Shown here: positions 42,441-51,839 of the stretch, piece by piece
How positions within the stretch are numbered: the stretch's first letter is position 1
Layout of the letters: each line of letters opens with the position of its first letter
IMG/VR virus record: IMGVR_UViG_3300037042_006682
Span: 1 to 64,000 of that record
From: a virus
Reading direction: 5' to 3' (one strand)
Length of the DNA stretch: 64,000 bases
The notes under the pieces: model-generated
Told to the model about the DNA's origin: nothing
Databases searched by the model: none
Seen by the model: only the letters and a program-made list of their open reading frames with translations
Position numbers and translations under genes: made by a program

Positions 42441-43427
42441 TTATGGCTCCTTGCACGCCTTGGCGATGTCCCGCGCGAAGCACGCCGCGCGCTGCGGGCA
42501 CCACTTGGCCTTCCGATCCCCCTTGTAGCGGCACCCCGGCACGCAGCGCGCGGGCCACGGAGGCTTGGGGCCTGCGCATCCCGCCGCCCACCAGGCCTCC
42601 TGCGCGGCCAGCGCGGTCCGCACGTCCGCCACCGTCGCATGCACCTCGGCCACCGCCTCGGGGTCCGGGCGCACGAGGTGCTCCGCAAGGGCCCCCACCG
42701 CCGCGTCGGCCTCCTTGCGGATGTAAATGAGGCGCCCACGCGCGAGCCCCGCCCAGTGCATGTACATCCGCACCTGCAGCGTGTGCTCGCGGAACGGCGC
42801 CCCGCCCACGGCCGGGTCGATCATGGCGAAGGAGCGCGGGCTCACCGTCTTCAGCTCCACGACCTCTAAGGCCCCGTCCGCCCACCGCAAGATCCCATCG
42901 CAGTGCCCCGTGAGGTTGTGGGCGCAGTCCTGGAAGGCCAGCTCCACGTAGCGCCACCCCGCGCCAGAGGGGCAGGGGATCCATCCGTGGGCCAGGGCGG
43001 GTACCGGGGCCCTAGCGCCCACCACCCGCTCGACCGCACGGAACGCGGGCCCCCCCTTGATGATGGCCACATCCCGCTCCCACCACCCCAACAGGGTGAC
43101 CCCCGGCAGCAGGGGCAGCAGCTCCTCCTGCCACGCGCGGTGGTAGGCCGTGCCCACCGCCGTCGCCCACACGTCCTTGGCGTCGTCCTCGCGGACCACC
43201 ATGGGGGGCTCATCGGGCAGCAACACGGCGTGCGCCCGCCGCGCCCCCTCGGCCGCGATCACGGCCCCGCGCGGGCAGAGCCGCCCCAGGCCGCTCGCGC
43301 GGAAGGGCCCGTCGCTCGTGGGGATGGGGTGCCGCTCGCGCCGCACGACCCCCGCGAGGGCGCGCTGCACGGCGTCATCGGGGATCGTGGGACGGGCCCA
43401 CGCGTGGTCCGTAAAAGTCGCGAGCAT
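42441..43427 (-). CDS. Cas4/RecB-like PD-(D/E)xK exonuclease with Fe-S cysteines
   Basis: ASGLGRLCPR, GTAYH, GHCDG, VVELKT, QVRMY, C-terminal C..GC...WC...C. Confidence 0.8.
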   Translation of the reverse strand: MLATFTDHAWARPTIPDDAVQRALAGVVRRERHPIPTSDGPFRASGLGRLCPRGAVIAAEGARRAHAVLLPDEPPMVVREDDAKDVWATAVGTAYHRAWQEELLPLLPGVTLLGWWERDVAIIKGGPAFRAVERVVGARAPVPALAHGWIPCPSGAGWRYVELAFQDCAHNLTGHCDGILRWADGALEVVELKTVSPRSFAMIDPAVGGAPFREHTLQVRMYMHWAGLARGRLIYIRKEADAAVGALAEHLVRPDPEAVAEVHATVADVRTALAAQEAWWAAGCAGPKPPWPARCVPGCRYKGDRKAKWCPQRAACFARDIAKACKEP

Positions 43428-43436
43428 GGCCCCCGC

Positions 43437-43811
43437 CTATCGCTTGAAGACCTCATCAACACGCATGGTGAGACGGTGGACGGGCGTCATGTCGTTCATG
43501 GGGCCGTACATCTGCTGAAAGTGCACATACCAGGCCCGCGCATGCTCGAACCCCTCCAGGATGGCCTTGCGGTCGTCCTGACGGCGCTCCCCGAGGCCGG
43601 TCTTGTCCACGGTGGTGATGGTGGCGCGGGCCACGGGGACATCAGGACCGAGATCGACGCCCGGCAGGGGGCTCGCATGGGGGCTCGCCAGCATGACGAC
43701 GGTCCCCGGCGTGTGAGGGCATCCGCTGTCTTTATCGTAGAGACGGGAGATCGCAGTGGCTTCGCCGGCAAGGATCTTGCCGGTCTCGTAGCGGTCGAGG
43801 GTCACGGGCAT
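43437..43811 (-). CDS. ASCH-domain protein
   Basis: ILAGEATAISR...ARATITTV...AILEGF...FQQMY; AGGAG RBS. Confidence 0.6.
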   Translation of the reverse strand: MPVTLDRYETGKILAGEATAISRLYDKDSGCPHTPGTVVMLASPHASPLPGVDLGPDVPVARATITTVDKTGLGERRQDDRKAILEGFEHARAWYVHFQQMYGPMNDMTPVHRLTMRVDEVFKR

Positions 43812-43915
43812 CGGGGACTCCTACGGGGGGGAGGACACTGAGAGGCGACGCGGTCCAGGGATCCCCCCCGTGGGGCCGCGGCCCACCCAGAGCGCGACAT
43901 GCGCGGGGCCCCAGC

Positions 43916-43945
43916 ACCGTACCGCGCAGGCCACAGATTTGTCAA
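43916..43945 (-). promoter_or_regulatory. Putative sigma70 promoter TTGACA-N18-TACGGT
   Basis: Intergenic; matches 39386..39415. Confidence 0.65.
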
Positions 43946-43949
43946 CCGC

Positions 43950-44243
43950 TTAAACGGGGGGCGCGAGGGCAACGCGCAGATCGGCGAGCGCGCCCTCCCC
44001 AGCCGCCTCGTGCATATCCAAGCCGATCCCCACGGCATCCCGCAGCAGCAAGGGGTGGATGCGGAGGCCCCCGGGCACCGCGGTGACGAGCGTGCCACGC
44101 CCCTCGTAGGTCACAAGGGCGGCGACGTGCCCCTCAAAGGGGCCATGCCACAACACGGTGGCCCCGACAGCCTCCAGGAGGGACACGAGCGTGGAGGCGT
44201 GCGGGGCACACCCCGTGAGATCTTGGATATGCGGGATGGACAT
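43950..44243 (-). CDS. Hypothetical protein
   Basis: AGGAGG RBS. Confidence 0.6.
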   Translation of the reverse strand: MSIPHIQDLTGCAPHASTLVSLLEAVGATVLWHGPFEGHVAALVTYEGRGTLVTAVPGGLRIHPLLLRDAVGIGLDMHEAAGEGALADLRVALAPPV

Positions 44244-44258
44244 GGCAATCCTCCTAGG

Positions 44259-44486
44259 CTACTCGCCGCGTGGGGCGAGGGTCGTATTGACCTCAGTATA
44301 CCAACACGCACAGACGCGCTGCCCGCTGGGGGTCCGCCCCACCGGGGCACTCCCCGTCAGGGCGGGATACGTCCGCGCACAGGCGACCTGGCATTGCTCC
44401 ATGCCCAGCGTGGGGGGCCGCACCCCGCAGGCCCCTGCCCCCACCAACAGGCCCCCCGCCAGCAGGAGCCCCCAGCGCTCACCCAT
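44259..44486 (-). CDS. Small putative lipoprotein
   Basis: Hydrophobic signal LLLAGGLLVGAGA|C; additional Cys pairs. Confidence 0.5.
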   Translation of the reverse strand: MGERWGLLLAGGLLVGAGACGVRPPTLGMEQCQVACARTYPALTGSAPVGRTPSGQRVCACWYTEVNTTLAPRGE

Positions 44487-44829
44487 GCGGCACCCCGCCC
44501 TCAACAAGAACCGCGAGGGCCCCCTCTGCCGCCATGAGGGCCCGCGCCCAGCGCCCCGCCTCGGGGTTCACGATGAGCCCATTGTCGCACACCGGGCAGA
44601 TCGGCTCGCAGAGCCGGCACTGAGGTTCGTGCACCTGCGGCGGCCCCTCCGGACACTCCATGCACCCCACGCACCCATGCGAGGCATCCCGCAAGGGGCC
44701 CGTGTAGCCACACTCCGCACAGGTGCCCGGCTCCACGGTCTGCCCATCAGGCTCCTCGCCGCGCAGATGGCGGATCACCTCGCACAGCGCGCACTCCACG
44801 ATCGCTAGGCGGTTCATCGCGTCATTCAT
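44479..44829 (-). CDS. Cys-rich Zn-binding hypothetical protein
   Basis: Multiple CxxC motifs. Confidence 0.55.
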   Translation of the reverse strand: MNDAMNRLAIVECALCEVIRHLRGEEPDGQTVEPGTCAECGYTGPLRDASHGCVGCMECPEGPPQVHEPQCRLCEPICPVCDNGLIVNPEAGRWARALMAAEGALAVLVEGGVPHG

Positions 44830-44836
44830 CTGTCCC

Positions 44837-45130
44837 TCAGCGCCGCGTCCCGTCGTGCGGCTCGATGATCGCCTGGACCCGCGCCTGGAGCTGCCGCTCC
44901 TCGGCCGGGGTCCACCCGCTGGCCCGCGCGACCGGCGTCGGGGGGGGCGCCTTGCGTACGCGCGTACGCAGCTTCGCGTCGCAGGCCTGCTCCTGGTGCA
45001 GGCGCCGCGTCAGCTCCGCCGCGACCCCCATGGCCTCGTGGCTCACCACCACGAGGAGGGTCGCCAGCAGCACGACGAGGCCGCTCATCACCGCGATCCA
45101 GATGCTCCGCACGTACACGCTCGTGTTCAT
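44837..45130 (-). CDS. Small single-TM protein
   Basis: IWIAVMSGLVVLLATLLVVV; start at ATG 45130. Confidence 0.55.
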   Translation of the reverse strand: MNTSVYVRSIWIAVMSGLVVLLATLLVVVSHEAMGVAAELTRRLHQEQACDAKLRTRVRKAPPPTPVARASGWTPAEERQLQARVQAIIEPHDGTRR

Positions 45131-45495
45131 GGCCGGGGCACCCCCTCGATCGTGGCGTAAAAGGCCGCCACGCCGCGGTGCGCCGTGCAGGCGAGCCCCC
45201 ACCCCGGTATCTGCACCACCTTGTCGTCGCCCACCTGCGGGGCGTCCGTGGTATCTCCTAGCCGCACCACGCGCCCGCAGATCCGGCAGGCCCCCACCCG
45301 CATCGCGGGGTCCGCGGGCCGCGGCGCGTAGGCCTGGTCCTCCCAGAAGGTCGCCCCGCAGGGGCATCGGTAGGCCAGCGTGGTGTTCCCGTTGGCCAGC
45401 AGGGACTGCCCCACGTCCGCCGGGATCGCCCAGCGCCCCGTGTCGGGATCCCGCACGGGGATCCCGCAGACGCTGCAGGTGCAGGGCTCCGTCAT
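45127..45495 (-). CDS. Zn-ribbon hypothetical protein
   Basis: CSVC, CPC, CRIC, C..H; ATG 45495 coupled to upstream stop. Confidence 0.55.
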   Translation of the reverse strand: MTEPCTCSVCGIPVRDPDTGRWAIPADVGQSLLANGNTTLAYRCPCGATFWEDQAYAPRPADPAMRVGACRICGRVVRLGDTTDAPQVGDDKVVQIPGWGLACTAHRGVAAFYATIEGVPRP

Positions 45496-45980
45496 GGCGC
45501 CGGGGGCATCCAGGAGCCCGTCTCCAGGCGCGCCCCGAGGTAGCGCGCCACCGCGTCCAGGGGGCTGCTCACGATCCCCGCGACCTGGGGGCAGACCCCC
45601 GAGGGCTCGAACTTGGTGCCCCGCCACGCCGCCGTGAGGTCGTCGAGGCCCCACGCCCCGAGCTGCAGGAGCGTGCTCGCCTGCCGGCAGATCACCTCCA
45701 GCTGCGCCCGCGCATCGTCCACAATCTGCGTCGCCAGCTCGTCCGCCACGGGGTCCGCGTAGCCCTCCACATTTGCCCCCCGGCTAATGGTGATGGTGAT
45801 GTAGATCGGCCGATCCTCCGCAAACGCCATCTGCGCGTAGAGGTCATGCGCGCCGATCGTTAGCTTCGCGGTGCGCCCCACCGCCCCTCGCGCAAGACAC
45901 GCCTCACCCTGCGCCCAGACATCGCGATGTGGATACGCTTCCATGCGGGCAATACTACCACGGATCGCCACCCAACTCAC
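45492..45980 (-). CDS. Hypothetical protein
   Basis: Coupled ORF. Confidence 0.5.
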   Translation of the reverse strand: MSWVAIRGSIARMEAYPHRDVWAQGEACLARGAVGRTAKLTIGAHDLYAQMAFAEDRPIYITITISRGANVEGYADPVADELATQIVDDARAQLEVICRQASTLLQLGAWGLDDLTAAWRGTKFEPSGVCPQVAGIVSSPLDAVARYLGARLETGSWMPPAP

Positions 45981-47098
45981 GCTTCACAACGCCCCAAAAG
46001 AATCGCCAAGTACTCATCTGCAATCGCACGATCACTATTCTTCTCCGGCTCAGGCAGCTCTGCATAGGGGGTCTTGGCCTGGCGGTACCACTGCGCGATG
46101 GCCTCGTGCCCCCACGCGAGCCCCGCCCCGCCCTCAGCATCGGTCGTCAGCGCGATGAGCCCCGCGTGCTCCCCCTGCCACGCCATCCAGCGCGCCCACA
46201 CCATGTGGACGTGATCCGCGAGGGCCTCCCGCCGCTCGCGCATGCGCATACGCAGCGCCGCGTCCGCATCGGTCAGGATCCCGATGGCCCACCCCACGTC
46301 CGCCCGCAGGAGGGACTCCAGGACCCGCCGCGCCCACTCCGCCAGCGTGGATGGGGGCACATGTAGCCCCGCCTCGCCGGTCAACAGGCACAGCGCATCG
46401 AACACGGCGAAGGCCGCGGTCTCCTGCGCATCGGCCCGCAGCGCCTCGGCCGGCGGGGCACCCGCCGTCAGCTGGGCCCGCTCCGCCTCGCGCTCCTGCC
46501 GCTGCTTCGTCAGCAGGAAGTCGTGCATGGCCATCATGGCGTTGGCGAACCAGCCCCGCATGAGGTCAAGGTCCGCCGTGGGATAGTGCGCGCAGTAGAG
46601 GCGCGCCCAGGCGTCCGCATCCGGGTTGCAGTGGATGCTGTGGTCGTAGTCGGCCACATCGACCGCGTCCTCGGGCTGGCCCTCGGCGGGCTGGTCGGGC
46701 GTGTCGTCACAATACGGCGCCACGGGGCCCAGGCACCGCGCGGCCAGCCCCTGCGTCACGCGCACCCCGTGCCCGCCCTCGTCGGTCCAGAGGCCCCCGC
46801 TGCCGTCCCGCACCACGCGGCGCACCACGCGCTTCTCGGCGCCATCCGCGCCGTCCTCCTCGAACCAGAAGTACCCCTCCACGCCCGGCTGCACGCCCTC
46901 GAACGTGGCCAGCAGGGCCCGGTCCACGGCCGCCCCGATCGCATCACTCAGCGCATCGTCGTGGTAACTCCGCGAGCCATCTGGGTGCGTCGTCCACCCC
47001 TCCACGGGACCCAGGGCGTCAATCGTCCGGTCCAGGGCCGCCAATCCCTCCGCTGGGGCCGACGTCCCCCCGCTATGCTTTGCCTCCTCACGCATCAA
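45977..47098 (-). CDS. Mosaic hypothetical protein with a C-terminal RyR-like motif
   Basis: ALADHVHMVWARW...TPYAELPEPEKNSDR. Confidence 0.55.
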   Translation of the reverse strand: MMREEAKHSGGTSAPAEGLAALDRTIDALGPVEGWTTHPDGSRSYHDDALSDAIGAAVDRALLATFEGVQPGVEGYFWFEEDGADGAEKRVVRRVVRDGSGGLWTDEGGHGVRVTQGLAARCLGPVAPYCDDTPDQPAEGQPEDAVDVADYDHSIHCNPDADAWARLYCAHYPTADLDLMRGWFANAMMAMHDFLLTKQRQEREAERAQLTAGAPPAEALRADAQETAAFAVFDALCLLTGEAGLHVPPSTLAEWARRVLESLLRADVGWAIGILTDADAALRMRMRERREALADHVHMVWARWMAWQGEHAGLIALTTDAEGGAGLAWGHEAIAQWYRQAKTPYAELPEPEKNSDRAIADEYLAILLGRCEA

Positions 47099-47504
47099 GA
47101 TCCTCCTGATACGTCTCGTACCACTCTAGCATGTCCGCCGATGGCCAGGACATGGACGCATCACTGGGCAGGACAACCGATCCGCGGGCATCGCTGCAGA
47201 TCTGCTTGGCCATCGCCGCCGCCTGCTCGTTCGCCGCGTCCTCGTCGAGCGCCTCAACCCGGAACTCCAGGTCCACCGTCGCCGTCGCGCGTACCTTAAA
47301 CTTCGCCATGATCCGCTCCTTCTGTGGCGTCCTCGCCACGTAGCACTCGCAGTCCGCCGCGCCAGGGTCCGAGGCCCGCTGAAAACGGGCATACCCAGCG
47401 TGCTTCTCAAACGCCAAAAATGGCGCTGTTGCCCGGCACTCGCCATGGTTGGCATCCCCAGGGAGACACCGCCGCCAGTGCCCACACGTCCCGCACGTCC
47501 TCAT
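47088..47504 (-). CDS. Hypothetical protein (Cys-rich N-part; internal in-frame start at 47309)
   Basis: MRTCGTCGHW... coupled start; AAGGAG SD before MAKFKV at 47309. Confidence 0.5.
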   Translation of the reverse strand: MRTCGTCGHWRRCLPGDANHGECRATAPFLAFEKHAGYARFQRASDPGAADCECYVARTPQKERIMAKFKVRATATVDLEFRVEALDEDAANEQAAAMAKQICSDARGSVVLPSDASMSWPSADMLEWYETYQEDLDA

Positions 47505-48127
47505 CGCGTCACCCCATGCCACGCTACCGCGATGGCGTCGTAGATCACCTTCCGCTGGGCATCGGTGAAGGCCCACCGCACCCCCACGTTTGCGTCCGCC
47601 CACTCCACCGGAGACCCTCCACGCTCCTCGCTCACCGCGCACCAGTCCGCGACCATCTCGTACAGGTAGAGGTCGAGCATCCGCGTCGCATCCACGATCT
47701 TGGCGGGCGGCGCATCTCGGTCCTGCGGGTTGATGCACGCCGCGCGGATCCGCACGTCGGGATCCCAGTGCTCGGGGTGGTGCGGGTTCACCCGCACGTG
47801 CAGCTCCGTCGCTGCCCGCATCCGCCCCTCCATTCCCGGAGGCGGATCGAAGGGCACCCCGAGGTCCCGGCAGCGGTACTGCCACGTCACCCAGATATAG
47901 GGCTCGCGCTCGGGCTCGCGCAGCTTGCTCTGGTCGTGCACCTCCATCCGGCATATCAGCTGCCCCGCCATTGTGTCGGAAAGCGCATCCGCCAGCCGCC
48001 GGCAATACTTCTGCACGAGGTCGATGTGCCGGTAGGTGCGCCGCTCGAAGTGCGCCACCATCTCGTCCACCCGCTGCTGCCACGCCAGCGTCGGCACGTT
48101 CACGCCCTTCACGTCAATCGGCATCAC
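47501..48127 (-). CDS. HD-domain protein (DUF5662-like)
   Basis: RHIDLV...HDQSK...HVRVNPHHPEHW...EMVADW. Confidence 0.75.
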   Translation of the reverse strand: MMPIDVKGVNVPTLAWQQRVDEMVAHFERRTYRHIDLVQKYCRRLADALSDTMAGQLICRMEVHDQSKLREPEREPYIWVTWQYRCRDLGVPFDPPPGMEGRMRAATELHVRVNPHHPEHWDPDVRIRAACINPQDRDAPPAKIVDATRMLDLYLYEMVADWCAVSEERGGSPVEWADANVGVRWAFTDAQRKVIYDAIAVAWHGVTR

Positions 48128-48719
48128 GCTTCTCCTCCGCGTAGGCCAGGGCCTGCGCCAGCGCCCGTCGCCGCACGTAGCGGAAGTCCGGCTGTTGGTA
48201 TCCTTTGTCGTGCGTCCTCAAGACCACGAACCCGTAGCAGCGCAGGTTCATAAAGATCGCGCCGTCCCAGCCCGCCATGGGCTCGCAGCAGGCGTTGCGC
48301 ACCGCCACCCGCACATACCACGCGATCTCCTGCTCAGACACCGCCGCCGTGGCCTCCCCCACCGCGTCCAGGGCCTCCCGCAGGCGATCCGCCGACGCCT
48401 CGCCGTCCGCATAGGCCCGCACCACCCGCAGGGCCTCGGCGCAGGCGGGGTGGGCGTCCTGTGCGCTCTCCCGCGTCCACTGCGCGAGGTCGGCCGCCAG
48501 ATGGCGCCGCCGCCGCTCATCCAACACGTGCTCCACGAGCAGCCACGTGAGGTCGCGGATATCCACGTCGGGGTCCTTCGCGAGGGCCGCCACCTCGGCG
48601 GGGGCCAACTCCGCGCGCCCCGCCCAGAACTTGGCCACCCGCTTGGGGGTCCATACCCCGCTGGGCTTGCGGGCCAGCACCATTGCCTCCGTGAGGCCCG
48701 TCGGGCGCTCCGCGCTCAT
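48114..48719 (-). CDS. Helical hypothetical protein (Imm5-like)
   Basis: LAADLA...ACAEALRVVRAYADGEAS; ATG 48719 coupled. Confidence 0.5.
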   Translation of the reverse strand: MSAERPTGLTEAMVLARKPSGVWTPKRVAKFWAGRAELAPAEVAALAKDPDVDIRDLTWLLVEHVLDERRRRHLAADLAQWTRESAQDAHPACAEALRVVRAYADGEASADRLREALDAVGEATAAVSEQEIAWYVRVAVRNACCEPMAGWDGAIFMNLRCYGFVVLRTHDKGYQQPDFRYVRRRALAQALAYAEEKRDAD

Positions 48720-48979
48720 CGAGGCTCCCCCTCCTGCTGCTGCCCCTCCCAGCGAAACGTCGGCTCGCGCACGGCCCACTCGTGATCCGCCGGGCATCGC
48801 CCCACGAGGCGCTCCGAGAGGCCAACCTCCGGCACCATGAACCCTTGGTGCCGCACCGCATCCACGCGCCGCCCGCACCACGGGCACACGGCCATCCGCA
48901 GGGCCTCCTCGACATCCGCCGCCTTCTGCGCCCCGATCGCACTCAAGGTCGCGCTAATCTGCCCGATAATCCCGATCAT
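48716..48979 (-). CDS. Small Zn-ribbon protein
   Basis: AGGAG RBS; CPWC...CPADH. Confidence 0.55.
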   Translation of the reverse strand: MIGIIGQISATLSAIGAQKAADVEEALRMAVCPWCGRRVDAVRHQGFMVPEVGLSERLVGRCPADHEWAVREPTFRWEGQQQEGEPR

Positions 48980-48988
48980 ACCGTTCTC

Positions 48989-49354
48989 CTAAACTGACCC
49001 ATACAAGGACAAGCATGGCCTCACCCCCACCATCTTGCCAAAACACACGCCCGAGCACGCGGGATGCACCCCGCTCCAGTGCGCCTCAATCTCGGGCACC
49101 TGCCGCCCGCACTGCTCGCAGACCACGCACTCCCCCAACGGCACGTAGTCCCCGTGCCCCTGCGTGGGGAACTGCGCCGCGGTCGGGTCATCGACCGTCC
49201 CGTCCGGGCGCACGCACCACCAGTGAGGTTGTTTGCCCCACGCCGCATCGTGGTAGTACCCCCGCACGAGACGCAAGGAGGGGTCCGCCTGGCAGCGCGC
49301 CTCGGCCAGCGCCTGGCAGCGCCCGCGCAACGTGCGATCAATCATCCCCGTCAT
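48989..49354 (-). CDS. Hypothetical protein (papain-fold-like C...HWW...DPT, C-terminal Zn finger)
   Basis: GRC...LVRG...HWWC...DPTAAQF; CEQC...CS..C. Confidence 0.55.
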   Translation of the reverse strand: MTGMIDRTLRGRCQALAEARCQADPSLRLVRGYYHDAAWGKQPHWWCVRPDGTVDDPTAAQFPTQGHGDYVPLGECVVCEQCGRQVPEIEAHWSGVHPACSGVCFGKMVGVRPCLSLYGSV

Positions 49355-50388
49355 CGGTCCTTCATCTCCAGCATCCTCTTCGTATCCGCTGCTATCACCG
49401 CCCGCGCCCGATCCCGTTCCGCATACGCCGTCCGCAGGATCGCGACCAACGCCGTGATCTTCTCGGCCAAGGTATCACCCGCCGGTCCCCTGGGGACCAT
49501 CTCGCCCACGGCCTCCAACGCCCGATACGCCGCGTCGATGCGCGCCCGCAAGGCCCCCGCCTCCCGCTGCCACTTATCCACCTTGGCGGCCAAGCGCGGG
49601 ATCCCCTGCACGATGTGGCTCCGCCCCACGTCGCAAGGGCAGTGCACACGCGCAACCTCGCAGGCTTCCGTCCACAGCCGTTCGGTGTCCGCTAGCCGCT
49701 CCCGCAGGGACTCCGCCTCGCATTGAGCGGCATCGTAGTGCCGCTTGGCGATTAGCTCCTCGCCAGGATCTAAGAGCACCAAATGGTCGGCATAACCCGT
49801 GTCTATCACTTCACACGAAACGCGCCCAAAGTCCCCACTGGGACCTGTATCCGGATCATGGGTACACACCTCATGCTTCCAGGTGTCCTTGCCCACACTT
49901 TGTTGAAGCGCGTCCACCTCCCGCTTACACCGATCCAACGCCATCTCCAGATCCCGCCGCTGTCCCAGCAGCGACGCGGCAAAGGTCTCCAACCGCTCCG
50001 ACAGGGTCTCCAGGTCCCCCATCTCCCCGCCGTACCCGAGCGCCCGGAACGCCTCGCACACGGCGTGGACGATGCCCTTGTAGGCATGGGCCTTCGCCCA
50101 CCAGTAGTCGACCGAGTTGCCCTTGTAGATCATCGACCGCGCGAGCGGTTCCATCTGCGCCTCGACCGCCTCCAACTCCTCGCGCGCCGCGTCCCGCTCG
50201 GCGGTCAACCGCGCCACCACCGTCCGGTGCAATAACTGGGGGACCGTGGGCGCCGGGGGATCGAGCGGCCGGGCCACCGGCAAATCCGCCGCATGCAGGT
50301 GGTGCCCGCAGTCGAAGCACACTTCTTGCGAGATGTTCACATGCCCCGACCCGCAGATCGGACACGTCACCCAGGCACTTGTGCTCAT
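49351..50388 (-). CDS. Coiled-coil protein with N-terminal Zn ribbon
   Basis: CPICG...CFDCG; GGAGG RBS before ATG 50388. Confidence 0.6.
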   Translation of the reverse strand: MSTSAWVTCPICGSGHVNISQEVCFDCGHHLHAADLPVARPLDPPAPTVPQLLHRTVVARLTAERDAAREELEAVEAQMEPLARSMIYKGNSVDYWWAKAHAYKGIVHAVCEAFRALGYGGEMGDLETLSERLETFAASLLGQRRDLEMALDRCKREVDALQQSVGKDTWKHEVCTHDPDTGPSGDFGRVSCEVIDTGYADHLVLLDPGEELIAKRHYDAAQCEAESLRERLADTERLWTEACEVARVHCPCDVGRSHIVQGIPRLAAKVDKWQREAGALRARIDAAYRALEAVGEMVPRGPAGDTLAEKITALVAILRTAYAERDRARAVIAADTKRMLEMKDR

Positions 50389-50582
50389 TGCGTGGCCTCC
50401 TCCTCCAGCAGCGCCACCACCCACCCGAACAGGGCGAGCTGCTCGTCGAGGTCCGCCTCGCCGTACCAGTCGGCCAGCACCTCGGAGTGCGCCCGCAGGG
50501 CCGCCTCAAACCCCACCAGCGCCGCGTAGTGCCCCTGCTCGGCCTCGTGCGCCTGGATCCAGCGGTCAATCACCGTCGACAT
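50385..50582 (-). CDS. Small hypothetical protein
   Basis: AAGGAGG RBS before MSTVIDRW. Confidence 0.5.
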   Translation of the reverse strand: MSTVIDRWIQAHEAEQGHYAALVGFEAALRAHSEVLADWYGEADLDEQLALFGWVVALLEEEATQ

Positions 50583-50889
50583 CGCGCGCCTCCTTGGGAT
50601 CCAGGCCGTACCGCCCCAGGATCTCCCGGCGCAGGGCCCGCGCCTCCCGGATCTGCCGGTTGACCTCGACCAGGACCGCCCAGTCCGCCGCCTCTGCGCG
50701 GGGTGGATCCTCCACCTCATCTGGTGGGCAGATGCAGTAGGAGTCCCGGCGCGCCCCCTCGGGCCACCGATCCCGGCATTGGGGGCACTGGCGCTCGTAG
50801 GGCCACCCGATCGCGCAGAAACACCCGGAAACGTGCTTGTGGCAATACGCCCCCGCCTCGACCTGCCGCTCGTCAATCTCTACGCTCAT
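50566..50889 (-). CDS. Cys-rich hypothetical protein
   Basis: GGAGGAG RBS; coupled. Confidence 0.5.
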   Translation of the reverse strand: MSVEIDERQVEAGAYCHKHVSGCFCAIGWPYERQCPQCRDRWPEGARRDSYCICPPDEVEDPPRAEAADWAVLVEVNRQIREARALRREILGRYGLDPKEARDVDGD

Positions 50890-51158
50890 GGCTCCTCCTC
50901 CGCGAACAGCAGGTCATAGCCGATGGCCGACATGCTCAGGCCCACTAGCGTCGCCAGGTCGCGTCGGCGGTTCTGCCGATGCCGCTCCGTGCGCCGCACC
51001 GACTCCCGCTGCTCCGGGGTGAGACCCTCCCACCAGGCCGCCCGCTCGATCGCGTTGCGCTCCCGCAGCGCCTCCTGCTGCGCCCGCAGGGCAGCATCCC
51101 GCTCGAACGCCTGCGCCCGCCGCTGCCCGAGGTCGCCCCGTCGCCGTGCCTCGCCCAT
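50886..51158 (-). CDS. Small hypothetical protein (MGEARRRG N-terminus)
   Basis: GAGGAGG RBS; coupled. Confidence 0.55.
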   Translation of the reverse strand: MGEARRRGDLGQRRAQAFERDAALRAQQEALRERNAIERAAWWEGLTPEQRESVRRTERHRQNRRRDLATLVGLSMSAIGYDLLFAEEEP

Positions 51159-51448
51159 CAAAGGTCCTCCTCAAACAGCAGCAACCCGCGCGCCGGGATG
51201 CGATCATCAAACCCACGCTCGTACTCGTACACGCACATCTCGTGGATGTACTCAACGCCGTCCGTGTGACGAATCGCAATCATGGTCTTGTCCTTAATCT
51301 TGGCCCCGCACCCCGGAGCGCTGCACCGCTGCGTGGGCGGCATCCCATTAGGCACGACCCACGCCGGGTAGGTCTGCAACCCTGGCGTGTTGTTCTCAAA
51401 CTGGTTCATGGGATCGCATAAAGACGCTTGTTCACGCTTGCTGCTCAT
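51158..51448 (-). CDS. Small hypothetical protein
   Basis: Coupled ORF, C....C...H..C. Confidence 0.5.
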   Translation of the reverse strand: MSSKREQASLCDPMNQFENNTPGLQTYPAWVVPNGMPPTQRCSAPGCGAKIKDKTMIAIRHTDGVEYIHEMCVYEYERGFDDRIPARGLLLFEEDL

Positions 51449-51673
51449 CTATTGCGCCCCCTTATCGCGCGCTAGCCCCTCACCCACGTGGGCGGGGCAG
51501 TAATCCCACAATCTCTCCCCACCATCGATCACCACCCAGATTCCATCCCTTGCGGGCCAACCACGATCACCTATGTGCCGAGCCCTCTGCTTCTCGCATC
51601 CTGGATAATCGCACCCCACCTTGACGAGGACACACTCTTCAGACCCCTCTCGCACCGCGTAATGGCGCGTCAT
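51449..51673 (-). CDS. Small Zn-binding hypothetical protein
   Basis: CDYPGC...DYCPAH. Confidence 0.5.
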   Translation of the reverse strand: MTRHYAVREGSEECVLVKVGCDYPGCEKQRARHIGDRGWPARDGIWVVIDGGERLWDYCPAHVGEGLARDKGAQ

Positions 51674-51839
51674 GGCCGCACCACCCCCATGTCATGCGCC
51701 GCCAGCCTATGGCGTGCGTACTCCGTCACATCCTCGCAGAGCGGATCGCCCGGATCCTCCCCCTCGGGAAGCCAGAAGTAGCAGTCGCTCTCGGGATGCA
51801 GCCACAGCCTGTATTCCATCGTCAGCGGCTCACTCAAAG

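Noticed and set aside
42441-43427. Cas4-like gene as evidence of a CRISPR-Cas system
   Set aside because: No repeat-spacer array or other cas genes seen; solo Cas4-like nucleases are common in phage recombination modules
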